Below, piece by piece: positions 40,431 to 54,551 of a stretch of 64,000 nt of DNA (positions are counted from its first letter, which is position 1; each line of letters starts with the position of its first letter). The stretch lies in assembly GCA_965223855.1 (NCBI GenBank), contig CBDCXM010000009.1:704001-768000 (forward strand), in the 5' to 3' direction. This DNA comes from Candidatus Multivoradales bacterium. Its GTDB lineage: Bacteria > Acidobacteriota > Thermoanaerobaculia > Multivoradales > JAHEKO01. Below the pieces are notes generated by a model, which saw only the letters and a program-made list of their open reading frames with translations, had not been told where the DNA came from and did no database searches. The translations under genes and the position numbers were made by a program.

Positions 40431-41547
40431 TCTCGAGGGTGCGGCGGTAGAGCTGCCGGTAGCGCTCGACGATCGCGTCCTCCGAGAATCGCTCGACGGC
40501 GGTCGTCCGCGCCGCCCGGCTGACCGTATCCCAGCGCTCGGCATCGCCGAGCAACGCGAGCGCCGCTTCGGCCATGCCGTCGACATCTCCCACCGGCCGC
40601 AGGAACCCGGTCACCCCCTCCTCGACCACCTCCGGCAGTCCGCCGACCCGGGTGGCGACGACCGGCACGGCGCAAGACATCGCCTCGAGCGCGGCGAGAC
40701 CGAACGACTCGGTCTCCGAAGGCAGCAGGAAGAGGTCGGCACCGACGAGCACCTCTTCGATCGCCTCGGTCGCGCCGACGAAGCTCACCCGGTCGCAGGT
40801 TTCGCTCTGGCGGCAGCGCTGCTCGACCAGCGCCCGGTCGGGGCCGTCACCGACCAGCAGCAGGCGGCAATCGACCTGCTCCACGACGCGCTCGAACACC
40901 CGCAGCACGTCGAGCACCCGCTTGACCGGACGGAAGTTGGAGACGTGCACCAGCAGCCGCTCGCCGTCGCGCGCCCAGCGCCTCGCGCCGGCGCCGACAC
41001 GTGCCGTCTCGTAGCGGTCGGGGTCGATGAAATTGGGGATCACGTCGATCTCCCGCATGGTGGCGAAGTGCTCGACGGTGTCGCGACGCAGCGACTCCGA
41101 CACGGTCGTCACCGTATCGCTCCTCTCGATGCCGTAACGGGTGGTGGCGAGGTAGTTCGGGTCGTTGCCGACGAGCGTGATGTCGGTCCCGTGAAGCGTC
41201 GTCACCACCTTGAGGTGGTTGCCGCCGACGATGTCGCGCGCCAGCACCGCCGACACCGCGTTGGGCACCGCGTAGTGCACGTGGAGCAGATCGAGCTCCT
41301 GGTAGCGCGCCACCTCGGCCATCTTGGTCGCCAGGGCGAGGCTGTAGGGCGGATACTCGAACAGCGGGTAGTGCGGCACCACCACCTCGTGAAAGGCGAG
41401 GTTCGGATCGACCAGCCGCAGGCGCGACGGCATGGCGTAGCTGATGACGTGTACCTCGTCGCCGAGGCGTGCCAGCGCCATCGCCAACTCGGTGGCGACG
41501 ACACCCGAGCCGCCGAGCGTCGGGTAGCAGCTGATGCCGATCTTCAC
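40423..41547 (-). CDS. bshA: N-acetylglucosaminyl-L-malate synthase
   Basis: MKIGISCYPTLGGSGVVATELA, HVHYAVP, TTLHGTDITLVG, SNFRPVKR, ESFGLAALEA. Confidence 0.95.
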   Translation of the reverse strand: MKIGISCYPTLGGSGVVATELAMALARLGDEVHVISYAMPSRLRLVDPNLAFHEVVVPHYPLFEYPPYSLALATKMAEVARYQELDLLHVHYAVPNAVSAVLARDIVGGNHLKVVTTLHGTDITLVGNDPNYLATTRYGIERSDTVTTVSESLRRDTVEHFATMREIDVIPNFIDPDRYETARVGAGARRWARDGERLLVHVSNFRPVKRVLDVLRVFERVVEQVDCRLLLVGDGPDRALVEQRCRQSETCDRVSFVGATEAIEEVLVGADLFLLPSETESFGLAALEAMSCAVPVVATRVGGLPEVVEEGVTGFLRPVGDVDGMAEAALALLGDAERWDTVSRAARTTAVERFSEDAIVERYRQLYRRTLESD

Positions 41548-42269
41548 CGCAGTCCTCGCGGCAACAGGTCGAGCGGGTCGGTCACGGCGAGCGGAAGAGG
41601 CGTCCAGAAGGGCTCTCCGAACTCGGCACCGATCGTCAGCCCGAAGTGGCGCGCGCGCCCCTCCACGGCGTGGCGAAACTCCTCCGAGGCGACCTTGGTC
41701 GCCGGCTCGTCGCGCGACTCTCCCGGCTGATGAAGCTGGCTTCGGTAGGCGCCGAGCGCGGCGAGCTTGCGCTCCCAGACCGGCGTCACGTCGACGACGA
41801 AGCGCGGCTCGAACGGGTCGTGCTGCATGTACGAATGGACCGCCGCCGGGCGATGCGGCTCGCCGGTACCGCGTCGCGCCAGGCCGGCATAGAAGGCCGC
41901 GTCGGCGACCAGCCGGTGAGCGCGCCCGTGGTCGGGGTGACGGTCCGCCGGTGAAGGCCCGAGGACGAGGTCGGGCCGCCAGCGGCGCAGCACCGCGATC
42001 AACGCATCCTCCTCGTCGCGACCGCGACGCAGCCCGCCGTCGCCGCAGTGCAGGAACTCGATCGCCTCGACACCGAGCTCGGCGGCGGCGGCGCGCGCCT
42101 CGAGCTCGCGCTCTTCAGGAGTCCCGCGAGTGCCCGCCTCGCCGCGGGTCAGGTGAACGATGCCGACCGCGCGGCCGCTACCGGTCAACCGGGCGACCGT
42201 GCCCCCGCAGCCGAGTTCGACATCGTCGGGGTGGGCACCGATCGCCACCACATCCAGTTTCTCGCTCAT
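41544..42269 (-). CDS. bshB1: GlcNAc-malate deacetylase
   Basis: AHPDDVELGCGG, TRGEAGTRG, DRHPDH, YRSQ, GEPF; lies between bshC and bshA. Confidence 0.9.
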   Translation of the reverse strand: MSEKLDVVAIGAHPDDVELGCGGTVARLTGSGRAVGIVHLTRGEAGTRGTPEERELEARAAAAELGVEAIEFLHCGDGGLRRGRDEEDALIAVLRRWRPDLVLGPSPADRHPDHGRAHRLVADAAFYAGLARRGTGEPHRPAAVHSYMQHDPFEPRFVVDVTPVWERKLAALGAYRSQLHQPGESRDEPATKVASEEFRHAVEGRARHFGLTIGAEFGEPFWTPLPLAVTDPLDLLPRGLR

Positions 42270-42274
42270 CCGTC

Positions 42275-43897
42275 TCACCACTCCACGATCGTCATACGGC
42301 TGCCGTCGAGCTGCAGTTGCTCCCACAGCGCGTCGACACACGCCTCGCCGTAGCGCCCCGGCAGGTCGGCGGTCGAGAGCGCCCGCTCCTGGAGCCCGTC
42401 GGGGCGCACCCAGCGCGCGAGCGCCTCCAGGCGGTTGCGCCGCACCTCGTCGGCTCGCCCGAGGGCACCGGTGAGGCGGCCGCCGAACGCCTCGACGCCG
42501 CGGCGCGCCTGCTGGAGCGTCTTCTCGATGGCGCTCTTCATCTCCGCCGCGACCGGCTCCGCCGCCGTGGTCAGCGTCTCTTCGAGCCGGTCGAGCGCCG
42601 CCCGGGCAGGCTCGAGCCGCGCCACGCTGTCCTCGCCGGCGAGCAGCGCGTCGGGGTCGAAGTCGGCGGCGACCAGCGCTTCGATGTCGAGCCCGGTCTG
42701 TTCGAGCTTCTTCGCCTGAGCGGCAGGCAGCATCAGCGCCTGAGGCCGCAGCGCCGTGGCCGGTGCCGGCACGTCGAGGACCTCGTAGAGCGGCGCAAGC
42801 TGCGGCAGATAGGACATCTCGCCGGGACCCATCACCTGGAGCGTCGAACCGAGGATCGCGTCCTGGATGACCGGACGCACCAGAACTCCGGGCATCACCA
42901 CGGCGGGGTTCTCGGCGATCGCCTCCTCCAGCTCCGCGACCGGCCGGCAGAGCTCGTCGTCGCCTCGCAGGCTCCACTCGTCTGCGCTCTGCCAGCCGAT
43001 GCGGCGCCGCTCCCGGCCCTCGAGGAAAAACAGCGGGCTCATCCCCGGTTGCGGCGTCACCTGGAGCGGCAGCCCTCGCGCCTCGACCTTCGCCGAGGCG
43101 GCAGCGAGCGCGTCCTCGATCTCGGCCCGAAGCTCGACGGTACGGGCCAACCATCGCCGCTCGGCCGTCTTGACCGCCGGCAGCATCGCGTCGAGGATCA
43201 GCGGGCAGCGCTCGCCCAGCAGATGGGCGAGGAGTCTGGCGAACGCCTCGCCGAAGCGCGCCGTCGGGCGGTACCAGGTGGCGAGCGTGTCGCACCATCC
43301 GGCGAAGCGTTCGCCGGGCATCGACTCCCGGAGTTCCCCGAACGCCGTTTCGACGGCAGGCCCGAGGCTCCGCACGCCGAGCGGCATCAGGGGGTCGGGG
43401 TCGTCGCCGAGGCCGACCCGGCCGAAACGGTCGGGGAACTGAAAGCCCGCCCACGAGCTCTCGCGGAAGTCGTGATCCTCGGTCGCCATCCAGAACACCG
43501 CCACCGCAGGAGTGCCGGCCGCTTCGAGCGCCGCCGCCCAGCGGCCGGCAGCGACCGCCTTCGACAACGTGTAGAGGGGGCCGCCGAAGAGCCCCGGCTG
43601 CTGGCCGGTGACGACGACCGCGGTCCCGGGTTCGGCCAGCTTCGCGCCCAACTCCTCGGCACCCGGGTGACCGTAGGAGGCGTTGGCGGCCGCCAGACCG
43701 GCGGCGAGATCACGACGTTCCGGGGCCTCTCCGGCAGCGCGCGGCAGCTCCCCCGGCCGCAGCCAGGTGAGCGGTGCCAGCAGGTCGAGCTCCCGTCCTT
43801 CGACGAACGCGCCGGGCAGCGGCGGCAGCAGACCGGCGGCCGCCAGGTCGACGCTACGCCCGGCGGGCGACGAAGATGTGGCGTTCGCTGGTGCCAT
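42275..43897 (-). CDS. bshC: Bacillithiol cysteine-adding enzyme
   Basis: VVTGQQPGLFGGPLYT, FWMATEDHD, GPGEMSY, LQER. Confidence 0.92.
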   Translation of the reverse strand: MAPANATSSSPAGRSVDLAAAGLLPPLPGAFVEGRELDLLAPLTWLRPGELPRAAGEAPERRDLAAGLAAANASYGHPGAEELGAKLAEPGTAVVVTGQQPGLFGGPLYTLSKAVAAGRWAAALEAAGTPAVAVFWMATEDHDFRESSWAGFQFPDRFGRVGLGDDPDPLMPLGVRSLGPAVETAFGELRESMPGERFAGWCDTLATWYRPTARFGEAFARLLAHLLGERCPLILDAMLPAVKTAERRWLARTVELRAEIEDALAAASAKVEARGLPLQVTPQPGMSPLFFLEGRERRRIGWQSADEWSLRGDDELCRPVAELEEAIAENPAVVMPGVLVRPVIQDAILGSTLQVMGPGEMSYLPQLAPLYEVLDVPAPATALRPQALMLPAAQAKKLEQTGLDIEALVAADFDPDALLAGEDSVARLEPARAALDRLEETLTTAAEPVAAEMKSAIEKTLQQARRGVEAFGGRLTGALGRADEVRRNRLEALARWVRPDGLQERALSTADLPGRYGEACVDALWEQLQLDGSRMTIVEW

Positions 43898-44570
43898 CCC
43901 CTTCCCTCCCTTCGAAATCTCCGTAGACCGCCTCGACTTCGAGCCCGGCGGCCTCGAGTCCCGCTTCCACCTCGGTACGGTCGTAGGCACGCACGCTCTC
44001 GAGGTAGGTTCGTGTCGGTTCGCCTCGGCGCTCGAGGCAGATGCGCTTGTTGATGCGGCGGGTCGCGGTGTCGTACCAGCGACGGATCTCCACCGTCTGC
44101 CCCGGCGACTCCTGCCGATCACGCGGCGCGAGGGTCGCGATCACCCGCTCGCTGTTGAAGAGGTCGATCAGGAGCCGCCCCCCCGGGGCGAGCACCCGCG
44201 CCACCTCGTGGAGCACCCGCTCGTTCTCCCGCTCGCTCTCGAAATAGCCGAACGAGGTGAAGAAGTTGAGCACCCAGTCAAAGGTGCCGGCGGCGAACGG
44301 CAGGTCGCGCATGTCCGCTCCGACCCGCGGCAGGTCGGCCCCCTGCGCGAGCAGCGTCAGCGACAGGTCGGTGCCGAGCGCCCGGTAGCCGCGCGAGCGC
44401 AGTTCGCGGGTATGCCGGCCGGCGCCGCACGCGAGATCGAGCACCGCGCGCGGCCGGTTTCCCTCCAGAGCCTGCTCGACGAAGTCGATGTGGCCGCTGG
44501 CTTCGCCGGCGTCGCGGTGCGAATAGAGCTCGAGGTAGTCCTCGCCGAACCACTCCTTGTACCACGCCAC
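43854..44570 (-). CDS. Class I SAM methyltransferase, probable bacillithiol N-methyltransferase (NmbA-like)
   Basis: WYKEWF...YLELYSHRD..EA, LDLACGAGRH, FTSFGYF, ESVRAY; first gene of the bsh operon, overlapping bshC. Confidence 0.75.
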   Translation of the reverse strand: MAWYKEWFGEDYLELYSHRDAGEASGHIDFVEQALEGNRPRAVLDLACGAGRHTRELRSRGYRALGTDLSLTLLAQGADLPRVGADMRDLPFAAGTFDWVLNFFTSFGYFESERENERVLHEVARVLAPGGRLLIDLFNSERVIATLAPRDRQESPGQTVEIRRWYDTATRRINKRICLERRGEPTRTYLESVRAYDRTEVEAGLEAAGLEVEAVYGDFEGREGDGTSERHIFVARRA

Positions 44571-44659
44571 CGCGCGATGATACCCACCCTCGGGCTTCCG
44601 CCGGTCGGCATCGGACCGAACCGCTGTGCGACGAGGAACGGGGCGGCTAGAATCGGCTC

Positions 44660-45562
44660 ATGCGAACGTCACTGGCGTCATTCCTTCTCGTCGTCGCACT
44701 GTCGATCTGCAGCGCGGCGACGGCGCAGGACGGCGAGGGGGGCGCGCTCTTCGCCGACGGTTTCGAGAGCGGCAACACCCTCGCCTGGGACAACAGGGTG
44801 CCACCGCTACCCGCGCCGGACGCCTTTCGGATCGTTTCGCTCGAGCTGCGGGATCCGCACGTGTTCGTCGACCTGCCGGTGTTCGGCTGCGTCGACTTCA
44901 CCGACGACCCGCTGCCGGCGGGCCTCGGCCCGTCGTTCAACGACTCTCTGGCGACGGCGATCGACGGCGACGACGACGGCGACGGCTTCCTCGACCTCAG
45001 TCTGATCCTCGCCTTCCGTCCGTTCGACGCGACGGCGAGCGACGAGCGACTCGACGCCGGCTGCGGGCTGTGTACCGACCCCGCCGCGACGACCGTGTGT
45101 GACTGGGACCTCGAGGTCGCGATTCCCCGTACCTCGCCTTACGACGGTCTCGCCGCCGGGACCTGTCTCGAGCCGCTGGCGGGTACCACTTCGGGGTACT
45201 CACCACCGGTGCCGACCACCGTCGCTCCATGCGTCGTCAGCGAGATCTCGCCGGCGCCGCTGCTCGTGCTGGTGATCGACGGTGTGCCGATCGTGCTCGA
45301 GGAGAGCCAGCTCTCCGGCAGCCTCGTCGGCGCGCCGGTCTTCCGCCTCGAGGACGGCCTGGTGCGCGGCTTTCTCAGCGAGGCGGTCGCCGACACGATC
45401 CAGCTCCCCGGCCCTGCCGGGCCGATCACGCTCTCGTCGCTGCTGCCTGGAGGCACCGACAGCTGTGCTCCCGGAAACGACCGGGACCTGCTCGACGGCG
45501 TCTCCGGCTGGTGGTTCTACCTCGAGCAGGACGCCGAGGCGGTCCCCTTCATCGGCGACTGA
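44660..45562 (+). CDS. Secreted acidic Cys-rich protein with N-terminal LFADGFESGNTLAW motif
   Basis: Signal peptide, FxDGFESG motif, DGDDDGDG Ca-binding-like loop, several Cys. Confidence 0.8.
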   Translation: MRTSLASFLLVVALSICSAATAQDGEGGALFADGFESGNTLAWDNRVPPLPAPDAFRIVSLELRDPHVFVDLPVFGCVDFTDDPLPAGLGPSFNDSLATAIDGDDDGDGFLDLSLILAFRPFDATASDERLDAGCGLCTDPAATTVCDWDLEVAIPRTSPYDGLAAGTCLEPLAGTTSGYSPPVPTTVAPCVVSEISPAPLLVLVIDGVPIVLEESQLSGSLVGAPVFRLEDGLVRGFLSEAVADTIQLPGPAGPITLSSLLPGGTDSCAPGNDRDLLDGVSGWWFYLEQDAEAVPFIGD

Positions 45563-45573
45563 GTGGGTCGGGG

Positions 45574-45993
45574 TTGGATTCCGTCTTGACTCCGGCCGCG
45601 CTGAGCCCGACGGAACAAGGGGCGGTCGTCTTCGCCCTGGTGCACCTCGTCGTCATGGGGGTGTCTCACGTCCTCGCGCCGCGCGCCTGGATCGACTTCT
45701 TCGTCCGTCTGCGGGAGCGAGGCGAGAGCGGCGTCTTCAACGTCGGCCTCCTCAGCCTGGGGTTCGGCTCGGTGATCGTCGCCTTTCACAACGTCTGGTC
45801 GGGTTGGAGTCTCGTCCTGACGCTGCTGGGCTGGGCGCAGGTGACGAAGGCGGGGCTCTACTTCGCTTTCCCGCGCTTCGGCCTGCGGCAGCTCGCGCGG
45901 GTCTCCCCCGAGCGCCCGCGCGACTTCGTCGTCGCCGGTTGCGGGCTGATCGTCATCGCTTGCCTCGTCGCCCTCCCTCTGCTCGGCCTCTGA
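45574..45993 (+). CDS. Small four-TM membrane protein
   Basis: Hydrophobic; FHNVWSGW..VLTLLGW motif; start uncertain. Confidence 0.65.
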   Translation: MDSVLTPAALSPTEQGAVVFALVHLVVMGVSHVLAPRAWIDFFVRLRERGESGVFNVGLLSLGFGSVIVAFHNVWSGWSLVLTLLGWAQVTKAGLYFAFPRFGLRQLARVSPERPRDFVVAGCGLIVIACLVALPLLGL

Positions 45994-46006
45994 CCCGCCG
46001 GCAGCC

Positions 46007-46542
46007 TCAGGCGCGGCCGCCGAGGATCCGCATGTAGGCGCTCCACGGACCGACCTCGTCGCGCCACTGGTGGGCGATCACACGGTTGATCTGCGACAGG
46101 TGCGACAGGTCGTGGACCATCCAGGCGGCGATGAGCTGCCTTGCGGTAACGGGTCCGAGCTCCGGGTGGCGGGCGGTGCGGTCGAGTGCCGCCTCGTCGA
46201 GCGCCAGGTCACCGAGCCTCGCCAGGTTGGCGGTGCGCAGCTCCTCGAACTCGTCGAGCAGGTCGGCGAGCGACTTGCCGCGGCTCTCCTCGCGCTGGGC
46301 GAAGCGATCGTACGGCTCGAAGGTGACGTCCGGGCCGTGCTCGAGCAGCAGCTCGAGGCGCGGAATCCAGTCGGCCCGCTCGCCGTGCACCAGATGACCG
46401 ACGACCTCGAACGGAGAGAAGGTGTCGACGCCCTCGTCGGCGCCTTCCCAGTCCGGCGGCAGCCCGGCGAGCCGCGTCCTCAGCAGCTCCGGCGTGTGCG
46501 CGAGCAGAGCGCGGGCGCGCTCGAGGTCGAACGGCCGCGCCG

Positions 46543-46546
<4 letters not shown>
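46007..46546 (-). CDS. DinB/YfiT-family protein (possible thiol S-transferase)
   Basis: FSPFEVVGHL, ARHPELG, WMVHDLSHLSQI. Confidence 0.82.
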
Positions 46547-48353
<1,807 letters not shown>

Positions 48354-48354
<1 letters not shown>

Positions 48355-49673
48355 CAGAGCAGCAGCCGCCGCAGGTCGGCGAGGACCTCACCGAGATAGC
48401 TCGTGAAGCGCACCCCCAGCGCGCCGTCGATCACCCGGTGGTCGTAGGAGAGCGACAGCGGCAGCATCAGGCGCGGCTCGAACTCGCTGCCGTTCCACAC
48501 CGGCTGCAGGACGTGGCGCGCGACGCCGAGGATCGCCACCTCCGGGGTGTTGACGATCGGCGTGAAGTGGCTGCCGCCGATGCCGCCGAGGCTCGAGATC
48601 GTGAAGCTGGCGCCGCGCAGCTGGTCGGGCTTGAGCTTGCCCTCGCGGGTCGCCACGCTCACCTCGCCGAGCTCGCGCGCCAGGTCGAAGAGCCCCTTGG
48701 TGTCGACGTCGCGGATCACCGGCACCATCAGCCCGTCGTCGGTATCGACGGCGATGCCGAGGTGGTAGTACCCCTTGAGCACCAGGTTCTCGCCGTCCGG
48801 GTCGAGCGACGAGTTGACCGTCGGGAACTTCCGCAGTGCCGCCACTGCCGCCTTCATCAGGAAGGCGAGCGGGGTGAGGCTGAACCCCTGCTGCTTCGCC
48901 TCGTCCTTGTGCGCCTGGCGGAACGCCTCGAGCTCGGTGATGTCGGCCCAGTCGTGCTGGGTGACGTGCGGCGCGTGGAGCCAGCTGCGCTGCAGGTTGG
49001 GGCCGGAGATCTTCTGGATCCGGGTGAGTTTGCGGCGCTCGATCGGACCGAACTTCGAGAAATCGATCACCGGCATCGGCGGCAGTGCGCCGCCGCCGCT
49101 CTCGCCGCCGCCTTCCGACAGCACCCTCTTGACGTAGCCCTGCACGTCCTCGCGCAGGATCCGCTCCTTGCGCCCGGTCCCCTTGACCCGCGTCAGATCG
49201 ACGCCGAGTTCACGGGCGTAGCGCCGCACGGCGGGGGATGCGTAGACGTTCGAGAAGTCCTCGTCGATGTGGGCGGGGCCGCCCGTTGCCGGAGCCGCCG
49301 GTGCGGGCCCGGCCTCCGGTTCCGCCTTTGCGGCCGGCTCCGGAGAAGGCGGCTCCGGAGAAGGCGGCTTTTCCTCCACGGCCGTCTCGGGCACGGACGG
49401 CTCCTCAGCCGCCTCCTTCTCTTCCTCGGCGGGCGCCGACGCTTCGAGCGTGAGGATGAGGTCACCCTCGCCGACGCTGTCCCCTGCCTTGACCTTGACG
49501 TCGTTCACCTTGCCGGCGGCGGGCGAAGGCACGTCCATCGACGCCTTCTCACTCTCGAGGGTAACGAGCGAGTCCTCGACCGCCACCGCGTCGCCGGGGT
49601 TGACGAGCACTTCGACGACGTCGGCGGCTTCGTCGCCGATGTCGGGAATCCGGACTTCGATCAGATCGGCCAT
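48354..49673 (-). CDS. aceF: Pyruvate dehydrogenase E2 (one lipoyl domain)
   Basis: ESEKASM, ASPAVRRYARE, SYDHRVIDG. Confidence 0.95.
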
Positions 49674-49675
49674 CG

Positions 49676-52390
<2,715 letters not shown>

Positions 52391-52554
52391 GCGCGCTCCG
52401 TGCTGCCTGCCGCCCGCGGTCGCTGCTCGACGCAGTCGCTCCACCGCGGTGCCGGGGGTGAGCGGCGTATTGTACGCGCTCGTCGTGCACGCCGCCGGTC
52501 GACCGCGGACGCCTGCAACCCCGGTGGTAGGCTGACAGCGGCTTCCGGAGAGAG

Positions 52555-53262
52555 ACGATCGACGCTGAACGACTGCTGGGTTCGCTGGTCCGCAACGCCC
52601 TCGGGAGACGTGGCAGAAGGCGCGGACGAGGCCGCCGACGGGGCGGCCTCAGCGGGCGCCTCGGGTCCTTGGGCCTCGGCCGCGGAGCCCTCGGCATGGG
52701 AGCTCTCGGCGTCGCCATCGCCGCCTTCGAGCACCTGACCGGTCAGGAAAAGGCGGCCGCACGCCCTTCCGCTGCACCTGCGGCCGCACCTCCCGCCGGC
52801 GGGAACCCGGCCTCGCCGCCCCTGCCACCGTTGCCGGGAGCGCCACCAGCCGGTTCGCCCCCCCTGCCACCGTTGCCCTCGGAGAGCGCAGCGGCCGAGA
52901 CCCGGCCGGCCGAAGCGCTGCTGCTGGTGCGGGCGATGATCGCCGCCGCCTACGCCGACCACCAGCTCGACGAAGCCGAGCGCGGCCGCATCGCGGCGGC
53001 GATCAACGACGCTTCCGAGACCCCCGAGGAGCGCGAGACGCTGCTGGCGGAGCTCGAGCGGCCGCTCGATCTCGACGCCCTTGCCGCCGCGGTCACCGGC
53101 CCCGAGATCGCCGAGCAGGTCTATCTGGCGTCGAAGATGGCGATCGACGTCGATTCCCCCTCCGAGGAGCACTACCTGCGCCGACTGGCGACGAAGCTCG
53201 GGCTCGACGAGTCACGACTCCAGGAGTTGGACCGGGCCCTCGAAGCCGACGAGGAGCCGTGA
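52555..53262 (+). CDS. DUF533/TerB-like protein (true start lacks a canonical codon)
   Basis: LLVRAMIAAAYADH, QVYLAS, E..YL..LA..LGL; the frame extends 5' to (ACG)IDAERLLGSLV after GGAG, while the first canonical start is TTG 52669. Confidence 0.72.
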   Translation, partial: TIDAERLLGSLVRNALGRRGRRRGRGRRRGGLSGRLGSLGLGRGALGMGALGVAIAAFEHLTGQEKAAARPSAAPAAAPPAGGNPASPPLPPLPGAPPAGSPPLPPLPSESAAAETRPAEALLLVRAMIAAAYADHQLDEAERGRIAAAINDASETPEERETLLAELERPLDLDALAAAVTGPEIAEQVYLASKMAIDVDSPSEEHYLRRLATKLGLDESRLQELDRALEADEEP

Positions 53263-54503
53263 CCTCGCGCCGACGGTCGGCTGCGGTGTTGGCATTCGCG
53301 GCTGTCGCACTCGTTGCCGCCGAGCTCGGCGGGCCGCCGCCCGAGGTCGTGCCACAGGGGCCTGAGTTCCCGCTCGTCGGCGGCGACACCAGCTTCAACC
53401 CGCGGGTTGCGGTGGATGAACAGGGGACATTTCTCGCTCTCTTCCACAACGTCTTCTCGGGGTTCGCCGACCTGCGAGGCGGGATCGGCGACCTCCTCAT
53501 GCCACCCTTCGCGATCGGTGGTGGAACTCGCGGCGTCGATCTCGACAGCTCCGGGCTCACTGAGTTCGTCGTCAGCTGGACCCAGACCACCTATCCGCTC
53601 GTCGGACCGCCGGAGTACGACGTGCAGCTGGCGCGCTATCTGGTGGACGGCACCAAGATCGTGGCTCCCACCGTCGTCAGCGACGTGCCGGCCTCCCACA
53701 TCACCGCCCTGACCGCCGTCGGGGCGCGCGACGACGACTTCCTCGTCGTCTGGGAGGCCGACCAGCTTCGCCTGAGGTCGATCCCGCGCTCGGGACCACC
53801 CGCAGCATCGGTTCCACTCAACAGCTGGACCACCGGCAGTTCGGGGTTTCCGCGCATCGCCGTCGCCGACGACGGCTCGGCGTTGGTCGCCTGGCGTACG
53901 ACCGACTGCGCGCCACTGGATGATTCCGGTGGCTGCATCCGCGGACGGAAGATCGATCCCGGCGGCGTCCCGACCGGCCCGGATTTTCAGATCAACACCA
54001 TCACCGCCGGCGTCCAGGGCGCCCCTGTGGTCGCCGCACGCGGATCGACGTTCGTCGTCGCCTGGAACAACACCGAGTGTCCCGGCGAGTGCATCCGCGC
54101 GCGGATGATCGACCCTGCTCCCCTCGGCGGCGGCGACGACTTCCGCGTCGATGAACCTGGAGCGGCCGCGGTCGGCGAACCCGGCATCGCAGCCAACGAG
54201 CACGGTTTCATCGTCAGCTGGCGGCGCTTCGGCGGCAGCGCGGCGCAAGACGGAATCAGCCGTGCCTTCGCACGCGCCTTCAACGCGAGCGGCGTTGCGT
54301 TCGGGGGCGAGTTCGAGGTCAACACTGCGGCGACCAGCGAGTCCTACCAGACCGATGCAGGCATCAACGCCGATGGCACGTTCGTCGTCGTCTGGAGCAA
54401 CGCCTACGACTTGTGGGGGCGGCGGTTCGTCTTCGATCCGTCAATCTTCGAAGACGGCTTCGAAAGCGGCGACACGGGCGCCTGGAGCGTCACCGTCGAC
54501 TGA
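53259..54503 (+). CDS. Secreted repeat protein with C-terminal IFEDGFESGDTGAW tail
   Basis: Signal peptide, repeats FQINT/FEVNT...FVVxW, terminal motif. Confidence 0.82.
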   Translation: MTSRRRSAAVLAFAAVALVAAELGGPPPEVVPQGPEFPLVGGDTSFNPRVAVDEQGTFLALFHNVFSGFADLRGGIGDLLMPPFAIGGGTRGVDLDSSGLTEFVVSWTQTTYPLVGPPEYDVQLARYLVDGTKIVAPTVVSDVPASHITALTAVGARDDDFLVVWEADQLRLRSIPRSGPPAASVPLNSWTTGSSGFPRIAVADDGSALVAWRTTDCAPLDDSGGCIRGRKIDPGGVPTGPDFQINTITAGVQGAPVVAARGSTFVVAWNNTECPGECIRARMIDPAPLGGGDDFRVDEPGAAAVGEPGIAANEHGFIVSWRRFGGSAAQDGISRAFARAFNASGVAFGGEFEVNTAATSESYQTDAGINADGTFVVVWSNAYDLWGRRFVFDPSIFEDGFESGDTGAWSVTVD

Positions 54504-54551
54504 CACCGGCAGTCGATTCGACCGACGCTGACAGTGCGCTACAGTCCCCGG

